Shown: positions 11,442 to 23,915, counted from the first letter of the stretch. The stretch: 35,779 nt of DNA from Chiloscyllium plagiosum (GCF_004010195.1 NC_057711.1:78302042-78337820), one strand, 5' to 3'. The notes: generated by a model not told the origin, from the letters alone. A program made the numbers and translations.

Positions 11442-14020
11442 ACATAGACAATAAGACATAGGAGCAGAAATTAAGCCATTCAGCCCATCGAGTCTGCTCC
11501 ACCTTTCAATCTTGGCTGATAGGTTTCTCAACCCCCATTCTCCTGATAACCCTTGATCCCCTTGACACTCAAGAACCTATCGAAATCAATCTTAAATAAA
11601 CTCAATACATAGCCTTTTGTGGCAGTGAATTCCATAGATTCACCGCTCTCTGGCTGAACAAGGTTCTCCACATCTGTTTTAAAAGCTCTTCCCTTTACTC
11701 TAAGGTTATGCCCTCAGGTGCTAATCTCTCCTACCAATAGAAACATTTTCCTAATATCCACTCTGCCCAGGTCATTCAGTATTCTACATTTCACTTAGAC
11801 CCCCACCCCACCCCCATCTTTCTAACCTTCATGGAGTATAAACCCAGAGTTCTCAAATGTTCCTCACATGTTAAGCATTTCATTCCTAGGAGCATTCTTG
11901 TGAACCTCCTCTGAATATGCTCCAGGGTCAGTACATCCTTCCTGAACTATAGGGCCCAAAACTATACACAATACTCCAAATGTGGTCTAGCCAGACCCTT
12001 ACAGAGCCTCAGAAGTACTTCCCTGCTTTTATATTCAAGTCCTATCCAAATAAATGGCATCATTGCACACACCTTCCTAACTACTGAGTCAACCTGCCAA
12101 TTTACCTTAAGAGAATCCTGACCGAGAACTCCAAAGTCTCTTTGCATATCAGACTTCTGAATTTTCTTCCCATTTAGAAAATATTCCATGCCTTTATTCG
12201 ACCTACCAATGTGCACAACCTCACTCTTTCTGAATTTGCACACCATCTGCCACTTCGTTACCCACTCTCATAACCTGTCCAAATCCTTCTGCAGCTTCCC
12301 CACCTCCTCAATACTACCTGTCCTTCAACCTATCTTTGTCTACTCTGCAAACTTAGCCAGAATGCCCTCAGTGCCTTCATTTAGATTATTAATATATAAA
12401 GTGAAAAGCTGTGGTCCCAAAACTGAGCCTTGCAGAACACCACTTGTCACTGGCTGCCATCCTGAGAACGACCCTTTTATCCCCAGTCCCTATTTTCTGC
12501 CAGACAGCCAATCTTCTGTCTATGCTAGCACCTTGCCTCTGACACTATGGGTCGCTATCTAAATCAGTACCCTCCTGTGCAGCACCTTGTCAAAGGCTTT
12601 CTTGAAGTACAAGTAGATAACTTCCATTGGCTCTCCTTGGTCTAACCTGTTTGTTATTTCCTCAAAGAAGTCTAGCAGATTTGACAGGCATGACCTCCCC
12701 TTGATGAAACCATGCTTACTTTGCCCTAGTTTACCATACACTTCCAAGTATTCAGAAATCTCATCCTTCACAATGGATTCAAGGATCTTACCCACGACTG
12801 AGGTTAGGCTAATTGGCGTGTAATTTTCCATCTTTTGCCTTACTCCCTTTTCAAAGAGGGCTGTCACGTTAGCAATTTTCCAATCCTCTGGGACCCTTCC
12901 TGATTCTAGCGATTCCAGAAAGATCACCACTAATACCTCCCTTAGAACTCTGGGGTGTAGTCCATCTGGTCCAGTTGATTCATCCACCTTTAGGCCATTC
13001 CATTTTTTAAGCACCTTCTCCTTGGTGATGGCCACCATACTCATCTCTGTCCCAATATCTCAAATTTCTGGGATATTACTCGAGTCTTCCATGACGAAGA
13101 CTGACATGAAGTAAGTATTCAGTTCCTCAGCCAATTCCTTGTTTCCCCACTACTATCTCTCCAGCATCATTTTCCAGGGACCCCAATGTCCCTCTTTTGC
13201 CATTTACGTATCAAAAGAAACTCTTAAAGTCTTCCTTTATATTGCTGGCTAGCTTGCCCTTATATTTAATCTCTTCCCTCCTTATTTCCTCTTTCGTTGG
13301 CCTTTGTAAGCTTCCTAATCCTCTGGTTGCCCACTGCCCTTCGCCACATTATAAATTTTCTCTTTTGCTTTAATGCTATCCCTGACTTCCCTGGTCAGCC
13401 ATAGCTGCCTCATCCTCCCTGTACCATGCTTCTTTTTCCTCAGAATGAATCTCTGCTCTGTCTCCTGAATTACTCCCAGAAACCCCTGCCATTGCTGTTC
13501 CATTGTCTTTCCTGCTAGACTGCTCTCCCAGTCAGTTCTACCCAGCTCCTCCCTCATGCCTCTGTAGTTGCCTTTATTCAGCTGAAATACTGTTACATCT
13601 GTGTCCATCTCTCCCTCTCAAATTGCAGAGTAAATTCCATCACATTACGATCACTGACTTCTAAGAGTTCCTTCACCTTAACCTCCCTTATCAAGTCTGC
13701 CTCATTGCACATCACTAAATCTAGTATTGCCTGTTCCCTAGTGGGCTCTACCACAAGCTGCTCCAAAACACTATCTTGTAAACATTCCACAAATTCCTTT
13801 TCTTGCGATCCACTACCAACCCGATTTCCCCAGTGCACCTGCACATTGAAATCCTCCATGATCATGGTATCTTCACCTTTCCTACATATCTTTTCTCTCT
13901 CCTAGTGTATCGTGCGCCCCAGCTCCAAACTGCTATTTGGTGGCCTGTACATAACTCCAACTATGTTTTTTTTTTACCTTTGTGGTTCATTAATTCTACT
14001 CACACAGATTCTACACCAGA
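11442..14020 (-). mobile_element. Long degenerate CR1 LINE ORF2 (endonuclease end, RT, 3' UTR)
   Basis: Collinear frameshifted ORFs: EDFN...EPTREQAILDLVMCNE (APE endonuclease), STGPDGLHPRVLRE...PISLTSVVGKILE...HGFIKGRSCLSNL...FKKAFDKV (RT) and ARPHLEYCV. Confidence 0.9.
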
Positions 14021-14114
14021 AATAACCTGTTCTCTCAGTCACAGCTGCTACAGCACCTTGACAGAAAATTAACTTTGTTTCGAAAAAATTAAACCACTAA
14101 CAGATTTCTGAATA

Positions 14115-14545
14115 CAGAGTCAAAGATATGCAGTACAGAAACACACACTTCAGTCCAACCCGTCCATGCCAACCAGATATTCTAAATTAATCTAGTCCCA
14201 TTTGTCAGCAATTGGACCCATTTCTCTCTAAACCCTTCCTATTCAAAAACGTATCCAGATGCCTTTTAAATGTTGAATTGTTCCAGCCTCCACCACTTCC
14301 TCTGGCAGCTCATTCCATACATGCATTGCATGAAAATGTTACCTCTTGGGTCCCTTTTAAATCTTTCCCCTCTCACCTTAAACTTATGTCCTCTAGTATT
14401 GGACTCCCCTCCCTCAGGGCAAAGACCTTATCTATTTACCTTGTCCATGCCCCTCATGATTTTGTAAACATCAGTTTTTGACACTCCAGAGAAAATAGCC
14501 TCAGCGTATACAACCTCTCCCTATAGCTCAAACCCTCCAACCCTA
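14115..14545 (-). mobile_element. CR1 3' end fragment
   Basis: Antisense homology to 33380-33710 (aaacccttcctattc, ccaccacttcctctggcagctcattcc, ccatgcccctcatgatttt). Confidence 0.75.
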
Positions 14546-14619
14546 GCAGCAGATATTACAAAGAACGTTAACACTATTTACAACAATAGAACCAAGAATC
14601 ATGAATGCCGGATAACGGA

Positions 14620-14792
14620 GGTGAATGTGGGTCTGGTGGTGTCATCCCACTGAAGGTGATAGGAGTGGCAGGTGACAATACTTTAGAAGCAAAAGCTGAT
14701 GGGTGGAAAGTGAGGACAGGGGACCTATCATTGTTGAGGAAGGAAAGGAAAGAGGTGAGGGCAGAAGTATGGGAAGTGGCTAAGGGCCCTGT
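14620..14792 (-). mobile_element. Degenerate Penelope internal fragment
   Basis: Antisense similarity to ~27040-27215 (gggtggaaagtgaggac versus gtgctcaccttccaccc). Confidence 0.5.
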
Positions 14793-14899
14793 AAACTATG
14801 GTAAACAGACAGTGCCTTAAACCCACAACTACAACCATCCACAATGACATGAGTGGCCAACACACAGGGACATCACAATCTGGAAGAAATTAGATGGCC

Positions 14900-15100
14900 T
14901 TGGAAATGTACTGCCTTTCCTTTGTGTCGATGTGTCAAAATCCTGGAATCCTCTTTCTAAGGGCATTGTGGATCAACCAACATAAATTGGACTGCAGCAG
15001 TTCAAGAAAGCAGCTCACCACCACCTCCTCAAAACCAATTCAGGATGGGTAGCAGGTGCTGTCCCAGGTGACAATACCCACATCCCATGAATGAATAATA
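14900..15100 (+). mobile_element. LINE 3' end fragment (CR1/L2 clade)
   Basis: caaaatcctggaatc...ggactgcagcagttcaagaaagcagctcaccaccacctcctcaa...cccacatcccatgaatgaataataaaaa. Reads like a LINE C-terminus plus tail; recognised by pattern only. Confidence 0.45.
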
Positions 15101-15109
15101 AAAACAAAA

Positions 15110-16680
15110 CTTTTCCCTGTGATAGAAATCTATTAGCTTTCTCAATTACTTGCTGCTTCTGTACCCTAATGTTTTGTGATTCATGCACAAGGACACCCAG
15201 ATCCTCCTCCTCCTCTGAGCTCTGCAATCTCTCATCATTTAGAAAACAGGCTTTCTTTTTACGCTTGCTGTCATTATGGGCAATTTCACATTCTCCTTCA
15301 TTATGCTGCATTTGCCACATCTTTGCACACACAAGCTTTGTATTTCCCTGTATTGTCCTGTTCCCCCCTCAGTTGAAGCATAACGCTCAGAGACACGGTA
15401 TGGCTTTATCTCCTTCATCTTTATTCCGGGCCTTGGAAAGAGAGAGAATGATCGCCCATGTGTGCAGGGACATGGGTTCCCAGTCTTCTCTCTCAAACAA
15501 TAGTTTCTAAATGAATAAAATAGTCATTTTACAGGGAGGAGCATCCAGATAAGGCAACATATATATTGACTGGGTGACCATCTGCTGTTACACAAGGAAT
15601 GTTCTTAACCTTAACTAGCTTCACATAATGAATACTTTTCACCTTGTTAACTGACCTTACATACTGAATGATCCCAATACGGTTAAATGGCTCTACATAA
15701 AGAATGCTTTTCCACCCTGTTAACCCATTACCCTCACCTCCAGCGCCCCATTGTTAACTGCAAGTTCTTATCTGATCTGAGTCATGCTCAGCTGAACCTC
15801 TTCTTTCACAAAACTGAATGTAACTCTGTCCCTACCTGCTTATACCCTATACACATTCATATTTACAGTGTAAATATTTCATCTTCACAACTTACTTTCC
15901 AATTTATCTGTATCAGCAGCACATTTGGCAAATATATACCTTCTACCCCTTCATCGAAGTCATTTCATTAAACTGTTAACAGTTGAGGCCCCAGCCCAGA
16001 TCGCTGTGGCATGCCACTTGCAAAATTGAAAAGACCCACTTATGTCTACATTTTGCTCCTGTTAACAAGCCAATCAATGCCAACATGTTATCCTTAAACC
16101 ATGAACTTTCATTATCCACAAAAACCTTTGATGTGGCATTTTAATGGCTTCTGGAAATCTCAGTGCAGTGCACCCATCAGTTTCCCCTTGTACACAGCAC
16201 GTATTACCTCCTCAAAGAACACGATTAGATCTGTCCATCCTGATTTCCTGTTCGCAAGCCCATGTTAACTCTACTTCACTTTCTTGAACTTATCTTAATT
16301 CTCTGCTATAACTTATTTTAAAATAGCTTTTAGGATCTTTCCTGTGGTGCTGTTAAAAATAACTGATCTGTTGCTTCTTGATTTCTATCTCCTTTTTTGA
16401 ATACAGGAGTTATAGTATTTAAAAATAATTACCTCCCAGCCTAATGGGACCTTCCCTGAATGGCATTTTTTTGAAAATTAAAAATCAATAGATCAATTAT
16501 TCCACTAGCCACTTCTTAAAAAGTTTAAGACCCGAAGGTGAAGTTCATCAGGTTTGGGGCACTTGCACGTCCACAGCTACAACAATATAACCAGTACTAT
16601 TTGTCTGTGACTGTGATTTTCCTGTATTCCTCCATCCTTTCAACTTCCTGATTTATCTCTGCTTCTGAGATCAATTGCTC
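15110..16680 (-). mobile_element. Old CR1 RT fragment interrupted by a ~480-bp insert
   Basis: ORF 15015..15332 has WQMQHNEGECE...ERLQSSEEEEDLGVLVHESQ. RT motifs resume after ~15880 (tgtatcagcagcacattt, ggccccagcccagatcgctgtggcatgccact). Confidence 0.65.
15371..15853 (-). mobile_element. Candidate solo LTR nested in CR1
   Basis: Non-CR1 block splitting the CR1 copy. On the minus strand it starts TGTA, has TATATAT (~15559-15565) and then AATAAA (15420-15425) about 50 nt before the end. No clean TSD or terminal CA. Confidence 0.35.
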
Positions 16681-17409
16681 ACATTCACACAGTAATTTTT
16701 CCAATGTTTCACTAATTTAAAAAAATCCACAGAAAAGTTCTGCTATGCTGTCTAGCCCACTATTAGCAACTTAACGTTCATGAAATGTAACGCTGATGTC
16801 TCCAACTGCAGCTTGGTCCTGTTTAACAATGTAAGCACCTAATAGTGATTGCTAAGACATACGATCACATCAGTCACTTCAGGAGATTTGAAAGAAAAGG
16901 CACTAGCTGCAGTTGACGTGCAATCAAGCAACATACATTTAAAAAGCAAGTAAACAGTAACACCAGTTCAAAGGGTTAGGATAAAAGCATTTCATTAGAA
17001 GTAACAAAGTGGTAGCATTTATTATAGAGATTTTAACAGGTTCAAGCATCATTCCCTGTTGTAAAATTAACTGAATGTACTCTAGTTTTGAGGGTGACAT
17101 ATGAATATCAGCAGCACAGCCCTTCCAGCAAACTAGGTGAAATACAAAAATAGAAAAAGCACTTTTTTCAGTCCGATTTGTCTTATTCACAGTAGGTAAA
17201 GTTCAGTAGGTGGCACTGTCTACTAAATTTGGGTCACAGTTTCTTGCTATGAGTGATGATATTAGAGTTAATTTACAACATTTGCTCTAACCTTGGGCAG
17301 GGCTGTTCAGCATCATCCATAAGTGCAAAGTCAGTTTCCAAATGCATGCTGACAACACCCTATCACTTCCTTTGTCCCCATGACTAACTGTCCTGTCTGA
17401 CTTCCTATC

Positions 17410-17690
17410 TAACAAAAAGTGAAATGATGCAATAATGAAATTAATACAGAAGTGTGAAGTGATTCATTTTGGGAGCAAGAACCAGAAGAGGCAACATAAA
17501 AAAGATGAAATTCTAAAGGCAGTGCGACAGCAAAGAGACCTGGGGTACAAGTGCACAAATTGTTGAAGGCCTTGGGAAAGATTGTGATAGAGTTAATAAG
17601 ATATACAGGATCTTTAGCTTGAAAAATAGAGGCAGTGTGTACAGAAACATTATGATGTAGTGCATCCAATTATGGGCACCACACCTGTCC
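17410..17690 (+). mobile_element. Old CR1 fragment
   Basis: gaagtgtgaagtgattcattttggg (KCEVIHFG), agagacctggggtacaagtgcac (RDLGVQVH). Confidence 0.6.
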
Positions 17691-18057
17691 ACAGAAGACT
17701 CTCAGGATTGAGGGCAATACTTCCAACTCCAAGTCAATGGATTTTGATATAGCCTATGAAGCCAAAGTGGGGTCTGCCACTTTGGCAGATGTGGTACTTC
17801 AAGAGCCAGATAGAATAATTTGTTAGAAGATTTATGCACTCTTTGTGACATCCGGTCTTTACCTCCACATATTTCCAACCAAATGTCTCAATGTAATCAG
17901 CACCATCCTGAATGAACCCTCTCCATTTTGGTTAGGTACAAAGCAGGTACTTTAATGAATCCTCAAGAAAGTTTGAACTCAAAGATGCTTTGAGGCCCTG
18001 AAAAAGTTTTCACTCTCCACTAGGGAGCCTTCTGCCATTCCCAAGTTTGCAGTAGAG

Positions 18058-18385
18058 AATGGACAGCATGATTTCAGAGGTTGGCACTGCAGCCTTACGG
18101 TACCAAGGACCTGGCTTCAATTCTAACCTCAGGTGACTGTCTGTGTAGAGTCTGCACATTCTCCCCAGGTCTGCGTGGGTTTCCGGCAGGCGCTCCGGCT
18201 TCCTTCCATAGTTGAAAGATGTACAGGTTATGTGGATTCGCCATGCTAAATTTCCCCCATAGTGTCCAGGAATGTGCAGTCTAGGTACACTAATAATGCT
18301 GGGGATAGGTGGGTCTGTTGGGATGCTCTTCGGAACATCAATGAATGACCTCTATCTGCACTGTAGAGATTCTATTCAATTCTAT
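18058..18385 (+). mobile_element. tRNA-derived V-SINE (HE1-like), older copy
   Basis: Degenerate B box (gcttcaattct) followed by the V-domain ctgtgtagagtctgcacattctcccc...tgcgtgggtttcc...gctccggcttcc. Homologous to the minus-strand copy at 19600-19926. Confidence 0.75.
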
Positions 18386-18944
18386 TTGTCTTGAGAGTCT
18401 GGTATCAGGCATAGGAACAACATTTCTTGTACAGCATAACTGATTTTGAATGGTCACTGCCTTGATACTGGGCATACTAGATTGAGAAAAGGACACTACA
18501 ATTGAACTATCTTCCTTTTCACTGGATTTGGAGGATCTAGCGAAGTTACTATTGATGGCAGTTCTCCAGTGCTTTAAGGTGGCTATTGTTTCAAGTCTCT
18601 GAAGTATTTGGATTATGGGAATCACAGGGGTTGCTAAACCATGACTTTTAGTCTGAGATTTCAAAGCCTGGTCCTCAGATATTATTCTCTTCAGTCAGCC
18701 AAAGCTTGAGCTGGCACAAAAGATGGGAAGATATAGAGAAGATTGATGTAAAAGATTAGGGAAGGTGTTGCTGTTATCTCCAGTGAAGAGAAATTGAATG
18801 AAGATTTGATCTATGTGCTCAAAATCATGAAGATGCCGTATAAAGCAAATAGGAAGGGACCAGAAGGATCAAAAATCAGAGGACACCAAAGATGAAGGGA
18901 AAAACAGCAATCAAAAAATGAAGAAAAGTGCTTTACAAAAGGCA

Positions 18945-19095
18945 TATGGATAGGTATACGAATAGGAAGGCTTTAGAAGAATATGGGCTAACTGCTGGCA
19001 AATGGGACTAGATTAGGTTAGGCTATCTGGTCAGCATGGACGAGTTGGACCGAAGGGTCTGTTTCCGTGCCATACACCTCTATGACTCTATAACT
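18945..19095 (+). mobile_element. CR1 3' UTR with tail repeat
   Basis: aataggaagg...gctggcaaatgggactagatt...ggacgagttggaccgaagggtctgtttccgtgc...ctctatgactcta. Confidence 0.65.
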
Positions 19096-19599
19096 GTATG
19101 GTTAGGATCTGGAAAACCCTGCCGGGGAGACTCTGCAGACAAGCTGAATCGTGCTTTGGAATTGGAATTAGATAATTTTTTGCAAAAAAATCCAGCCCCG
19201 GGAAAAGGCAGGGGTGTTGGACAAGTTATTAGCACTTCGAAAGCTTCCACAGACCAGACCAGCAAATGTCCTCCTCCTGAGTAATACATACACCACAAGT
19301 CTGCAATTCAAATTTAGAATTGTATAAACATAGAATAACACAACACTGCAAGAAATCATTCAGACTATGCTGCTTCTTTGAGAAAGCTATCAAATTAATC
19401 ATACTCCTCTACTCTGTCAACAGCACAGTAACATGTCTGCCTACCTACTGAAATGTAATTCTTGAATCTGCTTCAAATTTTTATAGGCAGCACATTCCAG
19501 ATCTTAAGAACATGCAGCTCTCTCTTATGGAAGAGTCCAGAACTTGGGGACACAGATTAAAAATAGGGAGTCCCCAATTTAAGATTGAGAGAAAATATT

Positions 19600-19926
19600 A
19601 TTAGATTAGATTAGATTAGATTACTTACAGTGTGGAAACAGGCCCTTCGGCCCAACAAGTCCACACCGACCCGCCGAAGCGCAACCCACCCATACCCCTA
19701 CATGTACCCCTTTTTACCTAACACTACGGGCAATTTAGCATGGCCAATTCACCTGGCCTGCACATCTTTGGACTGTGGGAGGAAACCGGAGCACCCGGAG
19801 GAAACCCACACAGACACGGGGAGAAAGGCGACTGACTGTGTGGAGTTTGCACAGAGTCGGGAATTGAACCCGGGTCTCTGGCGCTGTGAGGCAGCAGTGC
19901 TAACCACTGTGCCACCGTGCCGCCCA
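19600..19926 (-). mobile_element. tRNA-derived V-SINE (HE1-like), young copy with (TCTAA)n tail
   Basis: Minus strand starts GGGCGGCACGG. Pol III A box TGGCACAGTGG and B box GGTTCAATTCC (19860-19870). V-domain GTGGGTTTCCTCCGGGTGCTCCGGTTTCCTCCCACAGTCCAAAGATGTGCAGG. (ATTAG)4 on the plus strand at ~19600-19622. Confidence 0.9.
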
Positions 19927-20505
19927 CAAATTATTATTCATCTAATAATTGCAAGTCTGTGACATTCCATTGCCTAAAGGGTGATGCAGATGGTTCACTG
20001 AATATTTTTAAGGCAGAGGTAGATAGATCATTTTCTAACAGTTTCAAAAGGGTATGAGGGATAACTAGAAAGGTGGATTTGAAATCACAATCAGATCAGC
20101 CATGATCTTATCGAAGGCAAAGTAGATTGAAAGGGTGAAATCACTGGCTCTTTGTCCAAATTGATACATTTTGGTATCTTTGCTCTGCATTAACATTTTA
20201 TGCCTCATGCCACCTCTATATTTGTTTTACTAAATACATTAATATGTTTTTTCTGCTTACCGACAGCTTCTCTTTCATAAATCTGCAGAATCTTCACTTC
20301 ACCTTTGCTATTCTAACAAGCATAATTTTCTCTAATCCTTCCATGTATCTTGTTTACTTTTTAAATTCTGTCTCTATAAAGACAAGCCTTTTTAACAGCA
20401 TTCTCAAACTACACTACCATCAATGATTTGTACATTCGGAAGTTCTTTAAACTGCATCCTTTTCAATATTTCATCATTTAGTTTCAAATGCCTCTCTAGA
20501 CTTTC

Positions 20506-21308
20506 AAAAAGTGAGGATTACAGATGCTGGAGATCTGAGTCGAGAGTGTAGTATTGGAAAAGCACAGCAGGTCAGGCAGCATCCCAGGAGTAGGAGAACT
20601 GACGTTTTGGGCATATGCCCCTCATCAGGAATGAGGCTTGTGGGCTGGGGGGGAAGTAGTTGGGAAAGCAATAAGTGGATGAAGGTGAGGGAGAAAGTGA
20701 TAGGTCAGAGGGGGTGAGTGATGGATGGGTCTGGAGAGCAGTGTCGGGTTGGAGGTTTGGGACTGTGATAATGTGGGGGGGGGGGGGGGGGGAAATGAGG
20801 AAACTGTTGAAATCCACATTTATCCCATGTGCTTGCATGGCCTCAAAACGGAATATGAGGCGTTCCTCCTCCAGACGTTGGTGATAACGATTTGGTGGTG
20901 GAGGCGGCCCAGGACCTGCTTGTCCTTGACGGAGTGGGAGGGGGAGTTGAAGCGTTCAGTCATGGGGTGGTGGGGTTGGTGGGTGAGGGTGTCCCGGAGA
21001 TGTTCCCTGAAACAATTCGCAAGAAGGCATCCTGTCTCCCCAATGTGTAGGAGACCACATCGGGTGCAACAGATGCAGTAGACGACATTGGTAGAGGTAC
21101 AGGTACATTTCTGACAGATGTGGAAGGATTCCTTGGGGCCTTGGACGGATGTGAGGGGAGTGGTGTAGGCACAGGTTTTTCACTTTCTGCGGTGGCAGGG
21201 AAAGGTGCCAGAAGTGGGGTGTGGCCTGGTGGGGGGTGACGCAGAGGGAATGGTCTTTTCGAAACGTTGATAGAGGCGTGAAGGGATATATATCTCTGGT
21301 GGCAGAAA
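20506..21308 (-). mobile_element. Penelope-like element (family A), 5'-truncated, degenerate GIY-YIG, 15-bp TSD
   Basis: Antisense homolog of 27200-28038. TSD CCTCTCTAGACTTTC (20491-20505) / CCTCTCTTGACTTTC (21309-21323). The hammerhead at 20601-20628 has GAAA>AAAA. Confidence 0.85.
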
Positions 21309-21464
21309 CCTCTCTTGACTTTCCAACCAAAATTAATCATTTCACACTTCTGATTTAATTTTCAGGTTGTCCTGAACTTAGTCACCTGATCCATCACACC
21401 CATCAAAATTCCAATACTTCTCTTACTCCAATTTCAGTAAATTTAAACTTTGTTGTCATGATAA

Positions 21465-21690
21465 AACCATAAAATGTAGGTGTAGAAATAGGTGATTTGA
21501 ACCAACTACCTACCATTCAATGAGATAACAGTTGGTTTGATGATCCTCCCTTCCACTTTCCTTCCTTTTCCCCATTAGCCTAGAGTCCTTTCCTGATTAA
21601 AAACTTTTTTGTCCCAGTATTGAATGTACTTAACAACCCAGCCTCTAATAGCCCCATGCAGTAAAGAATGCCACAGATTCACTACCATCT
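21465..21690 (-). mobile_element. Old CR1 3' tail fragment
   Basis: Similar to 11450-11650 (taggtgtagaaatagg...taaagaatgccacagattcactacc). Confidence 0.5.
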
Positions 21691-22364
21691 GAGACATCCC
21701 TTCATAAACAAACATACCACATCTCAGCAACGTCCTCTAGCTTGTGTCACCCAAGTTTGGCCTTCTGTACAATTACTCTGTTCAATTTGCAAGACAATTC
21801 AAAGTCAGTTCAACCATACTCTTTGGAACCCTAATCCTAAACACTTCCTTTAAAAAAAAACTCCCTAAAATCCCATCTCTTTGGCTGAGCCTCTCTTGGA
21901 GCCAAAAACATGAAACCTTTAAGTCACTACTTATGTCATTGCTTATCCCTAATTACTCTTGAATTGAGTGGATTACTATGCCAGAGCATAGCTAAGAGTC
22001 AATCACATTGATTGGATGGATCATAGAGCATGTCATACCTGTCCTGGGAATTCCCAATTCTACCAATGAATTTTCCAAAGTGCTATTATTCTGTGTTCTA
22101 CTTCCCTGAATTCTTACGCTTACCTTGATATACATAGAATTCACTCCAGAGACACTGCAAATTATCCAATGAGTAATATCTGCAAATTGACATATTTAGG
22201 AGCTTTCAGTTTGAAGGGTGTTTGAAATTGTGGTAAGAGTACATTAAATAGACCTGTTCTGATTTTTTTTGCTTACATGCCTTGGGGCAATTGGCTATGA
22301 GGCTTGACTTGTGATTATGAAATCTTGCTATGACCTTTAGTCATTCAATTAACCAAAACAAGTA

Positions 22365-22892
22365 CAGTGGAAACTCGATTATCCGAACGAGATGGGCGGG
22401 CACTATGTCGTTCGGATAATCGATTATTCGGAAAATCCATTAAATGCTTTTCCGCTGGGGTTTGGAGTTTTTAAAGTCTGGTCCCCCTTCAGGAGACTAC
22501 AGCAGCACACAGAATGCGAAGCCCTGCCCCCAGCACAAAATGCCCAAGACAGACCCCCGCCTGCCCCCAGAACCCCGCCCCCCGCAAAACACGTTTTGAC
22601 AGGTTCCACGTTTGCCCTGCACAGGATAATGTTGGAGATTATTCCTGGCTTTTGGGGGGGGGGGGGGAGGTGGGGGGGAGAGAGAGGGGGTAGGTACAGG
22701 GTACACCCCTCTGTAGAACTCCAAGAGAGAGAGAGAGGGAGGTCAGTTATTTGGAGATAGTGCCTATTTAATCGCTGTAAACAAAAGACGCGATCAGTTT
22801 TGGAAACACATCTTTGATGTAATGTTTCTATCGGGACATTTGGATAATCCGATTTTTGGATCATTGGTATTCGGATATTCGAGGTTCCCCTG
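22365..22892. mobile_element. Non-autonomous Tc1/mariner-superfamily (Tigger/pogo-like) DNA transposon, MITE
   Basis: 23-bp TIRs: CAGTGGAAACTCGATTATCCGAA on the left, CAGGGGAACCTCGAATATCCGAA as the reverse complement of the right end (20/23 match). TA on both sides (22363-64, 22893-94). Subterminal repeats of (T)CGGATAATC. No transposase. Confidence 0.88.
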
Positions 22893-23142
22893 TATACACC
22901 ATGAAATTAGGAATACAACTGGTCACCAGAAATTTCATATTATAACATTTAACTTTTAATATTTACATTTGCTTTATTTTCCTTAATTTTAATGCACTTT
23001 GGGCATAAAAGGTCATGCTAAATACAAAGTCTACAAAAATGTATTCCTATATGTGGGGCATAAATGTCAATTTTAAGAGAAATATTAAGAGTTTATACAC
23101 AAATGAACTTTAAAACTAAGTCAATTAGATTTGTAAACTTAC

Positions 23143-23297
23143 TATTTAGTTGAATCAGACAGTTGATACTCCCTCCGTCTGTCATAGGACTCTTGGATGC
23201 CTGGGTCAATCCATAGACATTTTATTGCTTCCACATAGGGATTATCAAATGTTGTCACCTTTTCTACATCAATATCACGAATTAACTGTGCATTTGC
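23143..23297 (-). CDS. GNAQ: G-protein alpha-q subunit, exon 3 (155 nt; residues ~108-159)
   Basis: Translates to [51 protein letters not shown]. Acceptor ttttcttcacag|GCA, donor TA|gtaagt. The 155-nt length and phases match the conserved Gq-family exon 3. NPYV and SDSTK favour GNAQ over GNA11/GNA14 (SDSAK). Confidence 0.93.
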
Positions 23298-23784
23298 CTG
23301 TGAAGAAAAGAAATTCTTTAATGTTTTGCATCCCACTTAAAAGAATCTGTCACAAGTTATATATTACAAATGTCCATTATTGCTCTTTTGAGGCTACTCC
23401 AGGATTTGCAATTCTCCACCTGTCAGGATGGGGTGAGGAACTGATCCCAGATCCTTGAACTACACTTTAGGGAGCACACAGGACTCCTTCCTTCTACATC
23501 CAGTGGTTCAGAAAATCAGTCTTTTAAAATTTCCAGCTGTGGTGCTCCCATGTAGTGTTGAAAATTAGGCCTGAGCCATAATTTACTGGAGTACAGCTTC
23601 TTATGCCATGCCTGGGCAGTCAGACTGGACCGTGCACCTTTGAGGAGAACACTTTCATTATGTAAAGGTATTAAGAATGCAAACAAATAATGGCTTGTTG
23701 AGTACAACAGGGAATCTACGATCTTCTTTCAACAATATGAGTTAACGAGTAAAAAAAGAAACAAAAGCTCAAAAGTGCACAGAA

Positions 23785-23915
23785 AAATCAAAATACTGTG
23801 GATGATGGAAATCTGAAACAAACACAGAGAATGCCTAAAGTACTGAGCAGGTCTGGCAGCATCTGCAGAGAGTAACAGAGTTAAAAATTTTCTCAGTATG
23901 ACTCTTCATCAAAAC
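23785..23915 (-). mobile_element. Short Penelope pseudo-LTR fragment (family C), degenerate hammerhead
   Basis: Homologous to 26197-26296 (cagcaggtctggcagcatctg...actcttcatcaaaac). Confidence 0.55.

Noticed and set aside
22392..22864. 122- and 146-aa ORFs inside the MITE as a possible transposase
   Set aside because: No HTH or DDE/DDD motif; the frames stay open because of G/C runs.
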